Assembly (NCBI GenBank): GCA_963745835.1
Contig: CAVUZH010000019.1
Span: 384,001 to 448,000, forward strand
Source: an uncultured delta proteobacterium
Lineage (GTDB): Bacteria > Desulfobacterota > Binatia > UBA9968
Reading direction: 5' to 3'
Length of the DNA stretch: 64,000 nt
The notes beneath the pieces were generated by a model that saw only the letters and a list, made by a program, of their open reading frames with translations, was not told the DNA's origin and did no database searches. The first letter of the stretch is position 1. Every line of letters starts with the position of its first letter. This document shows positions 62,014-64,000 of the stretch, one piece after another. The position numbers and the translations under genes are program-made.

Positions 62014-62715
62014 ATGGCACAATTGCTTTACCAAGATCTGGGCCGGTTGGACTTCCTCGCCGCGCTGTCATGGCAAGAACAACTCATCGAGCTAAAACAA
62101 CGGCAAGGGGTTGCCGATATTCTTCTCTTCGTCGAACATCCGCATGTCTATACGATCGGCCGTAGCGGTGACCTCAATAATGTTCTCGCCGCGCATGACG
62201 TGCCGCTGCATCGCGCTAGTCGCGGCGGCGATGTCACCTATCACGGACCTGGTCAACTGGTGGTATATCCGATTATCGGCTTGCGCTCGAAATTGCGTAA
62301 AGATGTGCATCGCTATGTCAAAAACCTCGAGATGACGGCGATCGAAACGCTCAAGAACTTCGGCCTCGAAGCCAGGCGCCGACCGCCATATACCGGCATC
62401 TGGATCGATAATCGAAAAATTGCCGCCATGGGTATCGCCGTGCGAAAGGGCATCACCTACCACGGTCTAGCGCTGAACGTGAATACGGATCTTTCCTATT
62501 TTGATCGAATTATTCCGTGCGGCCTGAGCTGGGCCGATGTAACGTCTATGGCCAAGGAACTGGGCAAAGATCCAAACGTACATAACGTAAGAGAAAATTT
62601 TCTTTGCCACTTCGCCGAGCTGTTTGGCTATACGGAAATCGAAAATATTTCTCATTTTTCAGAGTTTCAGACTGGTCAAAAAGGCGGCAGGTACGAGGCG
62701 CGCGATAATCGATGA
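62014..62715 (+). CDS. lipB: Octanoyltransferase LipB
   Basis: EHPHVYTIGR, RGGDVTYHGPGQLV.YPI, HGLALN, IIPCG. Confidence 0.96.
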   Translation: MAQLLYQDLGRLDFLAALSWQEQLIELKQRQGVADILLFVEHPHVYTIGRSGDLNNVLAAHDVPLHRASRGGDVTYHGPGQLVVYPIIGLRSKLRKDVHRYVKNLEMTAIETLKNFGLEARRRPPYTGIWIDNRKIAAMGIAVRKGITYHGLALNVNTDLSYFDRIIPCGLSWADVTSMAKELGKDPNVHNVRENFLCHFAELFGYTEIENISHFSEFQTGQKGGRYEARDNR

Positions 62716-62792
62716 GCGGAGGCGTACGTGTTAGTACGTTGGAGCGAATCGGGCGAGCGCAACGAAGTAGATGGTCCTTTTTCACCAGCCTG
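62668..62792. mobile_element. Putative 125-bp MITE/REP-like element
   Basis: Terminal inverted repeats CAGACTGGTCAAAAAG / CTTTTTCACCAGCCTG (14/16) with central gcgtac..gtacgt palindrome. Confidence 0.6.
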
Positions 62793-62802
62793 CTAAAGTA
62801 GT

Positions 62803-63651
62803 ATGCCGCGAAGACATCCCGACTGGATCAAAGTCAAAGCCCCGGGAAGTCCCAACTACCTGCGCCTGAAACATATCCTGCGCGAAAAAAATCTTCATAC
62901 GGTTTGTGAGGAGGCGCGCTGTCCTAATATCGGTGAGTGCTGGGGCAATAAGACTGCGACGTTTCTCATCCTGGGGGACACCTGCACCCGAGGTTGCCGT
63001 TTTTGCGCCATCGATAAAGGTAAACCACTGGCACTCGATCCCGAGGAACCGCGCAATGTGGCGCTGGTCGTCAAAGATCTCGGCTTGGATCACATCGTCG
63101 TAACATCTGTTAATCGCGATGATCTTCCGGACGGCGGCGCTGGACATTTTGCCAAGACGGTTTTCTGGATTAAAGCTTTGAATCCGCAAACCCGCGTGGA
63201 ACTACTGATTCCAGATTTCGACGGCAATCTCCAGGCGCTCAAAACTGTCGTCGAATCCGGAATAGAAATTCTCAATCACAACATCGAAACCGTGCCGCGT
63301 CTTTACGGCAAAGTTCGCCCTGGGCACAGCTACGAATGCTCGTTGAATATCTTGAGTGAAGCGAAAAGATATCGCGATGACGTGCTCACGAAGTCCGGTT
63401 TAATGCTTGGGGTCGGCGAAACTCATAACGAGGTCATTGCCACGCTGGAGGAGCTGCGCGACAAAAAGGTCGACATCGTCACTCTCGGGCAATATCTGCA
63501 GCCGTCGAACCGCCAACTGAAAGTCGACCGATACGTCACGCCCGATGAATTCAACGAATTCAAAATGGCGGGGAAAAAGCTCGGGTTTCGTCATGTCGAA
63601 TCCGGCCCACTGGTGCGCAGTTCGTATCACGCGTGGAGTCACGTCGGTTAG
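62803..63651 (+). CDS. lipA: Lipoyl synthase
   Basis: CEEARCPNIGEC, CTRGCRFC, RSSYHA. Confidence 0.97.
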   Translation: MPRRHPDWIKVKAPGSPNYLRLKHILREKNLHTVCEEARCPNIGECWGNKTATFLILGDTCTRGCRFCAIDKGKPLALDPEEPRNVALVVKDLGLDHIVVTSVNRDDLPDGGAGHFAKTVFWIKALNPQTRVELLIPDFDGNLQALKTVVESGIEILNHNIETVPRLYGKVRPGHSYECSLNILSEAKRYRDDVLTKSGLMLGVGETHNEVIATLEELRDKKVDIVTLGQYLQPSNRQLKVDRYVTPDEFNEFKMAGKKLGFRHVESGPLVRSSYHAWSHVG

Positions 63652-63732
63652 GCGTTTCGCAATTTGCGCTTTCCCCGCCAGCGAATCGCGCTTGACATCC
63701 GTGACGAAGATTAGTTAGCTTTCGCGCATCTT

Positions 63733-64000
63733 ATGTCCGGTCGCCCGTTCCTTCAAATTCCTGGTCCGAGCATTGTGCCGGAGCGTGTGGTTCGGGCTAT
63801 GTCCCAGCCGCTGATTGACCATCGCGGCCCTCAGTTTGCCGTCCTTCTGAGCGAAGTGCTCGAAGGCCTCAAAAAGCTCTTTCAAACTGCTCAAGGTAAA
63901 ATCCTCCTCTTCCCCGGCTCCGGTACGGGAGGTTGGGAGTCCTGCATCGTCAATACGCTGTCTCCCGGCGATCAAGTCCTGGGTTGTGTCAACGGCCACT
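63733..64000 (+). CDS. Class V aminotransferase (serine/alanine-glyoxylate type), 3' truncated by window edge
   Basis: MSGRPFLQIPGPSIVPERV..DHRGP..SGTGGWE..NTLSPGD..NGH; absent from the ORF track because there is no stop. Confidence 0.88.
   Translation, partial: MSGRPFLQIPGPSIVPERVVRAMSQPLIDHRGPQFAVLLSEVLEGLKKLFQTAQGKILLFPGSGTGGWESCIVNTLSPGDQVLGCVNGH

Noticed and set aside
63715-63999. Minus-strand 94-aa ORF
   Set aside because: Shadow of the plus-strand aminotransferase starting at 63733

Overview
Bacterial window, probably a diderm Deltaproteobacteria/Binatia-like organism (inference from gene content). Bases 1-41.8 kb are a single-strand tandem array of about 34 near-full-length paralogous ABC_sub_bind (PF04392/COG2984-type) periplasmic solute-binding protein (SBP) genes plus fragments; the array runs off the left edge, and the window contains no ABC permease or ATPase. 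The paralogs have divergent bodies but share a near-invariant 3' tail (..[29 protein letters not shown][K/R]VI[K/R]*). This tail also encodes a ribosome-binding site and overlapping start codon for the next gene, recurs as orphan copies about 90 bp apart, and follows each foreign cargo insert (Phd-VapC toxin-antitoxin pair, metzincin, secreted protein, TPR protein, small ORF). Junctions carry 7/8-mer repeat hairpins. The array leads directly into a Cache-HAMP-GAF histidine kinase, a single-domain response regulator, a REC-class III cyclase and a sigma54 activator. The best candidate novel system is a cassette-like, shuffling repertoire of sensory binding proteins feeding one signalling cascade (hypothesis; no recombinase is in view). 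Then follow a strongly promoted 17-aa poly-Lys microprotein and ordinary housekeeping genes (tlpA-like, ccdA, folE, pepA, trxA, mreBCD-mrdA-rodA, ppiD-like, phosphatase, NCS2-like permease, lipB, lipA, class V aminotransferase). Frameshifts cluster in the array and may be partly assembly or polishing errors.
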